The notes below the pieces were generated by a model, which saw only the letters and a list, made by a program, of their open reading frames with translations, did not search any database and had not been told where the DNA came from. Of a DNA stretch of 20,524 nt, positions 1 through 8,587 are shown piece by piece. The stretch lies in NCBI GenBank assembly GCA_016839365.1, contig JAEOUH010000016.1, positions 1 through 20,524 of the forward strand, written 5' to 3'. The position numbers and the translations under genes were made by a program. This DNA comes from Candidatus Hermodarchaeota archaeon (lineage in GTDB: Archaea > Asgardarchaeota > Hermodarchaeia > Hermodarchaeales > Hermodarchaeaceae). Numbering within the stretch: the stretch's first letter is position 1; each line of letters begins with the position of its first letter.

Positions 1-1
1 C

Positions 2-736
2 CCTGAATTTGCCTCGACGGATTTCAGTTCTGTACGCTTCTGGCTTAGCGGTGGAGCCCCTTGTCCAGTCTCAATCATGGAGTCTTTCTGGCATCGTGGG
101 CAAGAATTTGCTATGGGCTATGGACTCACCGAGGTGGGTCCGAATAACTTCTACATGCCACCAGGAGTATCAAAACAAAAACCAACAACTGTTGGGCTGC
201 CTTTCTTTCATAATGAGATTCGTATCGTAGATGAGAATCTTGAAGATCTTAGCCGGGGTGAAATTGGCGAACTTCTTCTCCGAGGACCGCATGCGTTCAG
301 TGGTTACTGGAATAATCCTCAAGCGACCCAGGAGACTATCGAACCCGACGGATGGGTGCACACCGGTGACCTCGCTCGACAGGACGACGAGGGCTTTGTG
401 TTCATCACCGGACGGAATAAGGAATTGATTATCAGTGGTGGCGAAAATATCTTCCCGGTGGAAATTGAACGTGTGTTGGACGCCCATGAGCTGGTGGATG
501 CTGTGGCAGTTGTCGGGATGCCGGATGAAAAATGGGGTGAAGTTCCCGTCGCCTTTGTTGTCATAACAGAGGGTAGAGACATTTCTGAAGCGACGCTGAA
601 AGAATATATGCGGTCGAAACTAGCTCGATACAAAGTCCCCAAGAGAGTCATTTTCCTTGAAGAATTACCATTAACAAGTACTGGAAAAATCAATCGACGC
701 GAGCTGGAGAAGCAGGCTATGGACTTTACAAACTAG
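2..736 (+). CDS. Long-chain fatty-acid--CoA ligase / AMP-dependent synthetase, C-terminal part (5'-truncated by window edge)
   Basis: Frame is open from position 2 (PEFASTDFSSVRFWLSGGAPCP...). ANL-superfamily motifs GYGLTE, GELLLRG, HTGDLA, GRNKELIISGGENIFPVEIE and LPLTSTGK are present. Confidence 0.93.
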   Translation, partial: PEFASTDFSSVRFWLSGGAPCPVSIMESFWHRGQEFAMGYGLTEVGPNNFYMPPGVSKQKPTTVGLPFFHNEIRIVDENLEDLSRGEIGELLLRGPHAFSGYWNNPQATQETIEPDGWVHTGDLARQDDEGFVFITGRNKELIISGGENIFPVEIERVLDAHELVDAVAVVGMPDEKWGEVPVAFVVITEGRDISEATLKEYMRSKLARYKVPKRVIFLEELPLTSTGKINRRELEKQAMDFTN

Positions 737-992
737 CCCTATAAAGCCAGGAAATTCAGGGTTACGGAACTTTTTCTAAAACGCAAGTAGTGCTATCATC
801 ATTAATGGAACGCACTTTCTAGTCATTTTCGACAAGGATTTTGATGGCTGCAGCAAGCGTGTGGACATCATGAGATCATATAAAGATGGAGCGTGCTTTT
901 CTGGAGGTAATGTCCACTCTGTCATTAACTATTCCTTTAGCTTTTTAGCGCACCTTGTCAGGCATGAGCACAACCTACAATACTGGATTAGG

Positions 993-1478
993 TTATGTTT
1001 TCTTGTCTTCTGGTGGTGGCCAAATCCCTGAAATCTTTCGTAGGAGGACGATTTGCCCAATATGATAACTGTTATGCTGGAATTCAATAATAATCCCTCG
1101 TCCAAGTGGTGTGTTTCCAAATCCCTTAAGGAGTTTATTCAAGTCTGCCTTTTCAGCAATTCTTTTGAGCTGAGCAACATGGTTCTCAAAGCTTGCCACG
1201 AGGTCCTTCCAGCCCTTTTCGGTGAGGTTGGCGTCATCAGATGGCCAGTCAGTGCCTTGAATTGCTTTCCAATCAATTTCTTTGTCTTCAATCACTTGCA
1301 TGGTGATATCGTGCCAAAAGACAATGTGGTAGAGATGGTCCCAAATGGATTTGTCATTTTCGACTGGCCGTTTTTGAGCGTCTTCAGCTGTGGTGCCGCG
1401 AAGAGCCTTGAGGACATCGTAATGGGCATGTTTTCCGTAGAGGGCATCGCCAAAGGCGGTTCTAATCCAATCAGTCAT
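993..1478 (-). CDS. DinB/YfiT-like four-helix protein (putative metal-dependent thiol S-transferase superfamily)
   Basis: SIWDHLYHIVFW and FQHNSYHIGQIVLLRK supply the DinB His triad. Length is 161 aa. Confidence 0.85.
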   Translation of the reverse strand: MTDWIRTAFGDALYGKHAHYDVLKALRGTTAEDAQKRPVENDKSIWDHLYHIVFWHDITMQVIEDKEIDWKAIQGTDWPSDDANLTEKGWKDLVASFENHVAQLKRIAEKADLNKLLKGFGNTPLGRGIIIEFQHNSYHIGQIVLLRKISGIWPPPEDKKT

Positions 1479-1519
1479 TGTTTTGAACCTCAGTTACTTT
1501 GAATTAGTAATACGGTAGG

Positions 1520-1531
1520 TTATAAAAAAAG
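1520..1531. promoter_or_regulatory. Putative TATA element between divergent DinB and GH5 genes
   Basis: TTATAAAAAAAG lies in the 105-bp divergent intergenic region and reads as a TATA box on both strands. Confidence 0.5.
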
Positions 1532-1583
1532 TAGACTTATTCCGGCAATCGGTTAGAAGCGTACACATATGGGGTTGATCTGA

Positions 1584-3497
1584 ATGCTTACCATCGAAAA
1601 TGAGTGGTTTCGAGATGAACTCGGTCGTAAGGTTTTGCTCCGAGGAGTGAATTTAGGTGGCAGCTCCAAGGTGCCTTTCACACCCAACGGGGCCACCCAT
1701 CTCAACACGGATTTCACCGATTATTCGATGTCGTTTGTTGGCCGTCCGTTTCCACTTAAAGAGGCGCAAACGCATTTCGCTCGTATCCGGCATTGGGGCT
1801 TCAATGCTCTTCGGTTCATTGTAACGTGGGAAGCCGTTGAACACTCTGGCCCCAAACGCTATGATAAGGAGTATTTGGATTACGTTGAAGAGGTCTTGAA
1901 AATCGCCGCAGAACATCAACTCTATACTTTCATTGACCCACACCAGGATTTGTGGAGTCGAGCCGCAGGCGGTGACGGGGCTCCAATATGGACCTTTGAA
2001 AAGGTTGGTCTTGATGTTACGAAATTTGACGCGTCCGCCGCAGCGTTCGTGATGCAAAATCGTTATGATCCCAATGATCCAGATGCCTACCCACCAATGT
2101 CTTGGCTCCAAAACTACGGGCGTCTTGCATCCTGTACCATGTTCACGCTTTTTTTTGGTGGCAATGTCTTCGCTCCCCTTTGCAGGGTTGAAGGTGTCCC
2201 AATTCAAGAATATCTCCAAAACCACTATATCTCTGCCCTCAAGAAGGTGGCAAACCGTGTTCGTGACAATCCTTATGTGATTGGCTTCGAGGTCATGAAT
2301 GAACCAAGCCCGGGCTGGATTGGAAAAGGACTGGAAGGTGCAGGCTTTGCAATCTCCCGTGAACTCTTCTACGGCATCAAACCCTTCGATGCTATGGCTT
2401 TGGGTTCAGGATTCCCCCGCGAAATTCCTTATAGTCTCATCAAGCGTTTCGCTGTACGGGAGGTTCGCCGAGAGGTTCTCAACCCAAATGGGATATCCTG
2501 CTGGCTAGATGGTCACGAGCCCATCTGGCGGCAACATGGGGTCTGGGATGTTGACCAAAACGGAAAGCCTGTGATTATACAAGGAGACTTTTTCCAAGTT
2601 CACAAGGGTGCGCCTGTAGATTTTCTGGAAAAGTTTCTATCCCCATTTGTCCACCATTTCACCGATGAGATCCGAAGCATCTGTCCTGAGACGTTAATAG
2701 GGATTGAGCCTCCTCCAGAAGCTGGCATGCGCGGAGAAGCCTTCCTCAAGAACCCACCAGAGAACAGTCTGAACGGATCCCATTGGTATGATGAGATCAT
2801 GGTGGGAATGAAACGCTTTCGCGGTTGGTTAAGCTACGATACGACTCGTAACAAACTCATCCTTGGAACAGGTAATGTGCAAAAGATGTTCAACCAGCAA
2901 CTTGCCAAAATTCAAGCTCGATCTCGTGAGGTTCGTGGAGGGATTCCGACAATCATTGGGGAGTTTGGCCTCAGCTTTGATCTTAACAACCAAGAGGCCT
3001 TTCGGCTTTGGAAGTCCCAACCAAAGAAGGCTTGGCGAAATCACGTCAAAGCGCTGTCGATGTATTATAGCGCCATGGATGCTAACCTGCTCCATTCGAT
3101 GTTGTGGAATTACACTGCTGATAATGAGAACACCTGGGGGGATCAGTGGAATCAGGAAGATTTCTCCATTTTTAGTACCTCCCAGCAAACCGATCCAACA
3201 GATATTGATAGTGGTGGGCGGGCAATTCCAGGATTCTGTCGTCCTCATTTCGTGGCTGTCGCTGGTACACCCTTGGCAATGTCTTTCTCGTTGAAACGGA
3301 AGACCTTCCAGTTTGAGTTCTACGCAAATCCCAATATCGATGCACCCACCATCCTCTATATTCCTAAGGTGCATTATCCTGAAGGCTATCGAGTGGATCC
3401 ACCCAATTTATTGATAGAAGAAACTGATAATCCACAACTGGTTGCGCTCCGTGTTCGGGATGCGGGTGTCTGTTCAATCAAAGTGTTGCCTGCCTAG
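1584..3497 (+). CDS. Glycoside hydrolase family 5, endoglycoceramidase-related (EGCrP / steryl-beta-glucosidase / glucosylceramidase-like, GH5_12-type), cytoplasmic
   Basis: Motifs LRGVNLGGSSK, FVGRPFPL, TWEAVEH, DPHQDLWSR..GGDGAP, acid/base NEP, HWYD, nucleophile IGEFG, WNYTADN..WGDQWN.EDFS and a C-terminal RP...AG.P beta domain. No signal peptide is evident. Confidence 0.88.
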   Translation: MLTIENEWFRDELGRKVLLRGVNLGGSSKVPFTPNGATHLNTDFTDYSMSFVGRPFPLKEAQTHFARIRHWGFNALRFIVTWEAVEHSGPKRYDKEYLDYVEEVLKIAAEHQLYTFIDPHQDLWSRAAGGDGAPIWTFEKVGLDVTKFDASAAAFVMQNRYDPNDPDAYPPMSWLQNYGRLASCTMFTLFFGGNVFAPLCRVEGVPIQEYLQNHYISALKKVANRVRDNPYVIGFEVMNEPSPGWIGKGLEGAGFAISRELFYGIKPFDAMALGSGFPREIPYSLIKRFAVREVRREVLNPNGISCWLDGHEPIWRQHGVWDVDQNGKPVIIQGDFFQVHKGAPVDFLEKFLSPFVHHFTDEIRSICPETLIGIEPPPEAGMRGEAFLKNPPENSLNGSHWYDEIMVGMKRFRGWLSYDTTRNKLILGTGNVQKMFNQQLAKIQARSREVRGGIPTIIGEFGLSFDLNNQEAFRLWKSQPKKAWRNHVKALSMYYSAMDANLLHSMLWNYTADNENTWGDQWNQEDFSIFSTSQQTDPTDIDSGGRAIPGFCRPHFVAVAGTPLAMSFSLKRKTFQFEFYANPNIDAPTILYIPKVHYPEGYRVDPPNLLIEETDNPQLVALRVRDAGVCSIKVLPA

Positions 3498-3642
3498 GGT
3501 TTGAAGTCTTTTCCAACACTGTATGCCTTCGCGATGGGCTCTGGTGTTCTTTGCCTTAAAGGAATCGTTTCATCAGAATCCGAAGACGCATAAAACATAA
3601 GAGGAACATCCGTGCTCCATGCACGACTAGGTGAATTTTTTG

Positions 3643-3801
3643 ATGTCAGAAGACAAATGCCAGAATTGCGATTTTACTAATGATTTCAAGGGGTGTGCCT
3701 TGAAACACTTGACCACCGCTCGGAAACTTATTGCAGAGGGGAATCTTGAAGGCGCCGAACATCAGCTCAGCTGCTTGGAACGCCATCTGAAACAGATGTA
3801 A
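3643..3801 (+). CDS. Small 52-aa Cys/His-rich protein, putative metal-binding (not in ORF track)
   Basis: ATG at 3643 to TAA at 3801 encodes MSEDKCQNCDFTNDFKGCALKHLTTARKLIAEGNLEGAEHQLSCLERHLKQM. An AGGTGA SD site sits at 3629-3634. The ORF fills the gap and converges 12 bp from the next gene's stop. Confidence 0.75.
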   Translation: MSEDKCQNCDFTNDFKGCALKHLTTARKLIAEGNLEGAEHQLSCLERHLKQM

Positions 3802-3813
3802 GGGCGTTATTCA

Positions 3814-4836
3814 CTAGCCCCATTTGATCGATGTCGCAGACCATGTATATCCAATCCCTGCAGCGGCTAAAACTACCAAATCACCGGCTTTGATTTTTCC
3901 GGCTTTCAATCCCTCTTCGATGGAGATAATTGCATCGTTTTGACCCATGTGACCCCACTCTTCAAAGTAGGTTGTCTGGTCCATCGTCAAACCAAGTTCT
4001 TGGAGCACATAGGTGAAAGCGGAGCGCTTCATATGGAGGAGGGCTAGATAATCGATATCCGTGATGGAATAGCCACTTCGTTCCGTGGCTTCTTTGACGA
4101 CATGAATGAAGTTCTGCATGGACAGTTTATCTAACCGTTCTTTCATTCTGGGTGGGTCCGGGACATCGAGGTAGTGTAGCCCTTGCTCAATGGCTTCACA
4201 AGTAATTGGTATCTCCGTTCCTCCGGCTGGACAATACACATCATCAGCAAACGCACCGTCGGTGATGATGACGGTTTCTAATACCTGATTATGGGGGTAA
4301 TCACGTTGGAGAAGGGCTGCTACGCCACTTGCTGCCAAGCTAAACATGAATCGGCTCCGTTCGTTTTTGTAATTAATTAAATCGCAGTTTTGGTAGCCAC
4401 TTGTCAGGAGTACAGTGCGAACATCGGGTTCAGCAGCCATGAGGGCTTTGGCAAGCCGGATGCCACCCATGAGCGTTGCACACCGGGCGCTTAGATCCAA
4501 GGCCCAGGCATTTGTTGCCCCAATCTCATAGGCGAGTTTGACTCCAGCGACTTGCATCGGTCGTTCAATGAATGTCTCACCGGTCCATAGCACCACATCA
4601 ATATCCTTTGCAGAAATCTCCTTACTCTTCTGCAGCGCTGTGTTGGCTGCCTGGATTCCCATAGTGACTGGTCCATCTTCTGGGCCACCAACCGTTTTAC
4701 AAGTAAGTCCAAACTTCGTTTTGAGGATGTCTTCGGGTATTCCGGTCTGTTCGGAGATATAGGCGGCAGTATGTCGATGCTTGGGGAGGTAGACTCCGGT
4801 ACTCAAAAGACCCATGGTTACTGCTGATTTTGACAT
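3814..4836 (-). CDS. 3-oxoacyl-ACP synthase III (FabH)-like condensing enzyme, Cys-His-His variant
   Basis: Thiolase-fold KAS III layout: GVYLP at the N-terminus, catalytic Cys in DLSARCAT, LLHMK, WGHMGQND and GDLVVLAAAGIGYTW. ATG 4836 is preferred to TTG 4854. Confidence 0.88.
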   Translation of the reverse strand: MSKSAVTMGLLSTGVYLPKHRHTAAYISEQTGIPEDILKTKFGLTCKTVGGPEDGPVTMGIQAANTALQKSKEISAKDIDVVLWTGETFIERPMQVAGVKLAYEIGATNAWALDLSARCATLMGGIRLAKALMAAEPDVRTVLLTSGYQNCDLINYKNERSRFMFSLAASGVAALLQRDYPHNQVLETVIITDGAFADDVYCPAGGTEIPITCEAIEQGLHYLDVPDPPRMKERLDKLSMQNFIHVVKEATERSGYSITDIDYLALLHMKRSAFTYVLQELGLTMDQTTYFEEWGHMGQNDAIISIEEGLKAGKIKAGDLVVLAAAGIGYTWSATSIKWG

Positions 4837-4908
4837 TAGTGGACACCCTTGCAACAGGTGGATAAAGAGTAGTGAATGTTAGGGTCGAGTTATGACTTAA
4901 AAACCTGA

Positions 4909-6303
4909 TTAGGTTTCTACTAACCTGTCTTTCCTTGATTGGTTTTCGAACCGTTGTCGCGTATCATTTTCAGTTGTCGTGATGTCTTTCCGAACGCTGC
5001 GTATGATGGGCAGAGTCGCTGCTGCACCTACGAAGAAGAAAAGGCAGCAAATGGCAAAAGCCTGTGAATAGAATCCAGCAAACCATCCTACAGCAAAGAT
5101 GGGAACAATCAGAGTTCCGAAGGCAACACCGACCACATGGGCGAGCATATTGATTGAGAGGGCAGTACTCCTGATCTCTGGAGAGTTCACATCACCAGCG
5201 CTGACATAAATCAGGGGACTGATTCCTGCATCAAAGAAGGTGCCCATAAACACGAGGAGGAAAAAGACAAAGGTCGCCGGATTGAAGAAGAGGTCCCAAA
5301 TCGTAGATGTAGGTGCAACTGTGAAAGGATAAAGGCTTGCGATGATTAAGATGGGTCCTGCGGCAAGGCAGCAGAGAAGGATGAGATATACTCGGCCACG
5401 CCGGTCCTTCCGGTAGAAATAATCACCTAACCTGCCAAAGATGGCTGTTCCGATGATTTGGCTTGCCAGAGCAAGGGTCATGAAAATCGTGGCAACAAAG
5501 ATACTCAGGCTGTGATCGACATTTAGCCAGCGGACAGCCCAGGCTCCAAATGCGGCTGTAGGGATAATGGCGATGATTCCAACGACAATGAGCCAGATAT
5601 TGGAGCGTTTCTGCCACATGCGGTTCAAGTCTTTCACATTAAGTTTGTAGGTATAAACAGTACCTGTGGATTGTAAATCAATGAGACATTCTTCATGCTG
5701 TGCCACGGGAGGTTCACGTGTAAGAAACAGGAGTAATCCTGTGGCGAATCCAACAACAGTGATTAAAAGAAATGGAGTTTGCCAGCCGAAGGCTTCGACT
5801 AACAGACCTGCAACGATGAAGCCAAGACCGTAACCTGCCCCGGCAGCGGTAGCCAGTAGTCCGATTGTTGTGGAGCGATAATGGGCTGGCACACAATCGA
5901 TGGTCATGGAGAGCGAAAGGGGACCGGCGGCACCAACACCAATTGCAGCGAGGCTGTAGAAGAGCAGGAGTTGCCAATAGGTAATGAAGGGGAGAAGAAT
6001 GGGGATGAACCACAACACCCAGAAGAATGTACTGATGATTAGGAGTTTTCGTCGTGTGGACCGATCTGCCATGTACGCCCAAGGGATAGCCGCAAACCCC
6101 GAGATCAACAGGAAGATGGTGACAATGAGGGCAATCCATGCATCTGAAGGAACACCCAAACTCACAACCAAGATCCCGGTCATGGGGGGTAAAAGGGCGC
6201 TGGCTGCGGCGACGGTTATCCCTAGAAGGAATAGAATACCATAGGTTGCCCGATCACGACCCGCCCAGGGTTTTGCTGCTGGTGGTTCTGCACTAGCTTC
6301 CAT
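4909..6303 (-). CDS. Major facilitator superfamily transporter
   Basis: About 12 hydrophobic segments. Motif A variants YMADRSTRRK and FGRLGDYFYRK, plus FGWQTPF. Confidence 0.9.
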   Translation of the reverse strand: MEASAEPPAAKPWAGRDRATYGILFLLGITVAAASALLPPMTGILVVSLGVPSDAWIALIVTIFLLISGFAAIPWAYMADRSTRRKLLIISTFFWVLWFIPILLPFITYWQLLLFYSLAAIGVGAAGPLSLSMTIDCVPAHYRSTTIGLLATAAGAGYGLGFIVAGLLVEAFGWQTPFLLITVVGFATGLLLFLTREPPVAQHEECLIDLQSTGTVYTYKLNVKDLNRMWQKRSNIWLIVVGIIAIIPTAAFGAWAVRWLNVDHSLSIFVATIFMTLALASQIIGTAIFGRLGDYFYRKDRRGRVYLILLCCLAAGPILIIASLYPFTVAPTSTIWDLFFNPATFVFFLLVFMGTFFDAGISPLIYVSAGDVNSPEIRSTALSINMLAHVVGVAFGTLIVPIFAVGWFAGFYSQAFAICCLFFFVGAAATLPIIRSVRKDITTTENDTRQRFENQSRKDRLVET

Positions 6304-6480
6304 GGTATACCCTCACACAGTAGGGCTACCCAATCATTCTGCGATTTAATCTCTTTCCATCATTTAGGAAAACCTTCAAAGGTGTTAATCCATGGAGTCC
6401 TAATTGATGTGAAAAAAACTTAAAGGGCAGACTGAATAGCCCGCACCTATATCTAGACTGATTATTCGGGGATATGAGCG

Positions 6481-7683
6481 GTGAACCAACAAAATACGAC
6501 TTTGGTAATCACTGGTGCAGCTCATGGTCTGGTTCACCTGCTAATGCTTGCACTCCCCTACATTACTACCAAGCTTCTTCTTGTGACTCCGATTCTCCCT
6601 GGTTCTGAGTGGTTGGTCGTTTTGTTACTCAATACGCCAGCCTATTTCGTTTTTGGGTTTGGAGCAATTCCTGCAGGTTTTCTGTGTGACCGGATAGGTC
6701 CCCGGAAGGTGATTGCCTTGGGTTTAATGCTCTCTGTGTTTTCAGGAATTGCACTTTTCTTTCTTTGGCCATTGGGTATCGGCGTGATCGCATTTCTCTT
6801 TATGACCTATGCCTTTGGAGCAGGACTATACCACCCTGCGGGAACGACATGGGTTTCTAATACTTTCGATAAAAACCGAGGGAAGGCGTTGGGTCGCCAT
6901 GGTATTGGAGGAAGTATTGGGCAAATGATGGCACCGCTCATTTCAGCATTAATTCTAAGCACGATTTTCTGGCCGGTCATATTTCTCTTTTTAGCTGCAA
7001 TCGGAATCGTAATCGCCTTTGTGACCCTTCGTGTTCGGGTTCAAGTCTATGATGTGAAAATCCCACCGAATTCAAAATTGAAGCAAGGTAAAGGATTCTT
7101 TAGTGTTGTTACTCCTGCTGTAATGCTTGTTGTTTCCGTTATTCTTGTAGCTAGAGGAATGCTATACCGTGGAACGGTAACTGCCCTCCCGGTCTATATT
7201 ACATTGGAACTTGGTGCCCTACTTGTAATTGCAGGTTTCATCGGCACCCTCGTATATGTTGGCGGAATCTTTGGCCAAGAAATTGGTGGGCGGCTCTCAG
7301 ACCGATATGGCTGGCGACGAATCCTCACGGGAATGACGCTTTTATCTGGCGGTGCATTACTCCTCTTAGCCATCCCGTATGTTCCGATTATTTGGGGTGA
7401 CCTTTTGCTAATTGCTGCGGTTATGTTATTTGGTTTTTCATTTTTCGCCGCTCAAGCTGCCACAAATACCATGGTTGCGAATCTGTCAAATCCTGAAAGT
7501 CGTGGTCAGGTCTTTGGGTGGAGTTTCTTTACCCGCTTTGGCCTCGGTGCATTCGGGATTCCCATTGTAACGTTTAGCTTCTTCATCTTCGGGACTTGGG
7601 TTGCTGGATTCTTCCTCTTGGCTCTCCTCAGTGTGCTGGCTGCATTTCTTGTCATTTTTGTACATCAACGGCAACAGACTTAG
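6481..7683 (+). CDS. Major facilitator superfamily transporter
   Basis: About 12 TM segments. Motifs GFLCDRIGPRK, GGRLSDRYGWRR, GLYHP and RGKALG. Confidence 0.9.
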   Translation: MNQQNTTLVITGAAHGLVHLLMLALPYITTKLLLVTPILPGSEWLVVLLLNTPAYFVFGFGAIPAGFLCDRIGPRKVIALGLMLSVFSGIALFFLWPLGIGVIAFLFMTYAFGAGLYHPAGTTWVSNTFDKNRGKALGRHGIGGSIGQMMAPLISALILSTIFWPVIFLFLAAIGIVIAFVTLRVRVQVYDVKIPPNSKLKQGKGFFSVVTPAVMLVVSVILVARGMLYRGTVTALPVYITLELGALLVIAGFIGTLVYVGGIFGQEIGGRLSDRYGWRRILTGMTLLSGGALLLLAIPYVPIIWGDLLLIAAVMLFGFSFFAAQAATNTMVANLSNPESRGQVFGWSFFTRFGLGAFGIPIVTFSFFIFGTWVAGFFLLALLSVLAAFLVIFVHQRQQT

Positions 7684-7740
7684 TAAATCAAGAATCTACT
7701 GGTTTCAGAAATTATTTAGCCTTAGATTCTCTTAGCCTTC

Positions 7741-8565
7741 ATGGGAGTCAATATGACCCAAGCTGTGAAAGGTAACGGGCGACCTATTATTGCCCGTGAT
7801 TTAGTTCGAAACTTTGGACGGACTGTTGCCGTTGATCATCTGTCCTTTGAAGTGCGAGCAGGTGAAATCTATGGACTTCTTGGTCCAAATGGGGCTGGAA
7901 AAACAACCACCGTAAAAATGGTCAGTGGGCTACTCCCCCCGACTCAAGGTGAAGTTGAAGTGTTTGGCTTCGATCCATTGAATCAGCCCATCGAAGTCAA
8001 GAGCCGAATTGGTCTGGTCCCCGAAGACCATATTCTCTATGAATCACTCACTCCCCGTGAATTCTTCGATTTCATTGCCTCTATTCGACAACTTGATCAA
8101 TGGGAAACGAAACAACGCATAACTTCGCTAGTCGATGCTTTTGAATTCCGAGACCATTACGATAAGCCGATTGCTGCATTAAGTCATGGAAACCGACAGA
8201 AAGCCAGCATCCTTTCTGCGATTATCCACGATCCTCCGCTATTAGTTCTCGATGAGCCTTTCAGTGGTTTAGACGCTCGAACCGTTCGAGTGTTTAAAGA
8301 CATTCTGAACATCCACCTAGAAAATGGTGGGGGAATTTTATTCAGTAGCCATATTCTCGAGGTAGCCGAAAGTCTTTGTGATCGGATCGGGATCATCGAT
8401 GATGGGAAAATGGTTGCCGAGGGAACGGTCGATGAACTTCGAGAAATGGTGAAAGCCCACGGATCACTTGAAGAGATTTTCCTCCGAGCGGTTCAACAAG
8501 ACACAGAAGTCGCAGAAACCGTTCAAGCGCTTCGTAAAGCCCTTGCAAAGGAAAACAAACGTTAA
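7741..8565 (+). CDS. ABC transporter ATP-binding subunit (ABC-2/exporter type)
   Basis: Walker A GPNGAGKT, signature LSHGNRQK, Walker B LVLDEP and H-loop SSH. The start could be 7753. Confidence 0.95.
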   Translation: MGVNMTQAVKGNGRPIIARDLVRNFGRTVAVDHLSFEVRAGEIYGLLGPNGAGKTTTVKMVSGLLPPTQGEVEVFGFDPLNQPIEVKSRIGLVPEDHILYESLTPREFFDFIASIRQLDQWETKQRITSLVDAFEFRDHYDKPIAALSHGNRQKASILSAIIHDPPLLVLDEPFSGLDARTVRVFKDILNIHLENGGGILFSSHILEVAESLCDRIGIIDDGKMVAEGTVDELREMVKAHGSLEEIFLRAVQQDTEVAETVQALRKALAKENKR

Positions 8566-8587
8566 ATCCCGGAGTGGTTTACAAACT

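Noticed and set aside
776-925. 49-aa minus-strand ORF (MTEWTLPPEK...) downstream of DinB
   Set aside because: It has no recognisable motif and only a weak SD, so it is compatible with chance.
1053-3374. Long antisense or alternate-frame ORFs (1053-1502, 1653-2225, 2829-3374) and similar ones elsewhere
   Set aside because: These are shadow ORFs of well-supported genes and carry no motifs.
8468-8587. N-terminal extension of the ABC permease
   Set aside because: It overlaps the ATPase by about 100 bp. A better SD-supported TTG start exists at 8588.
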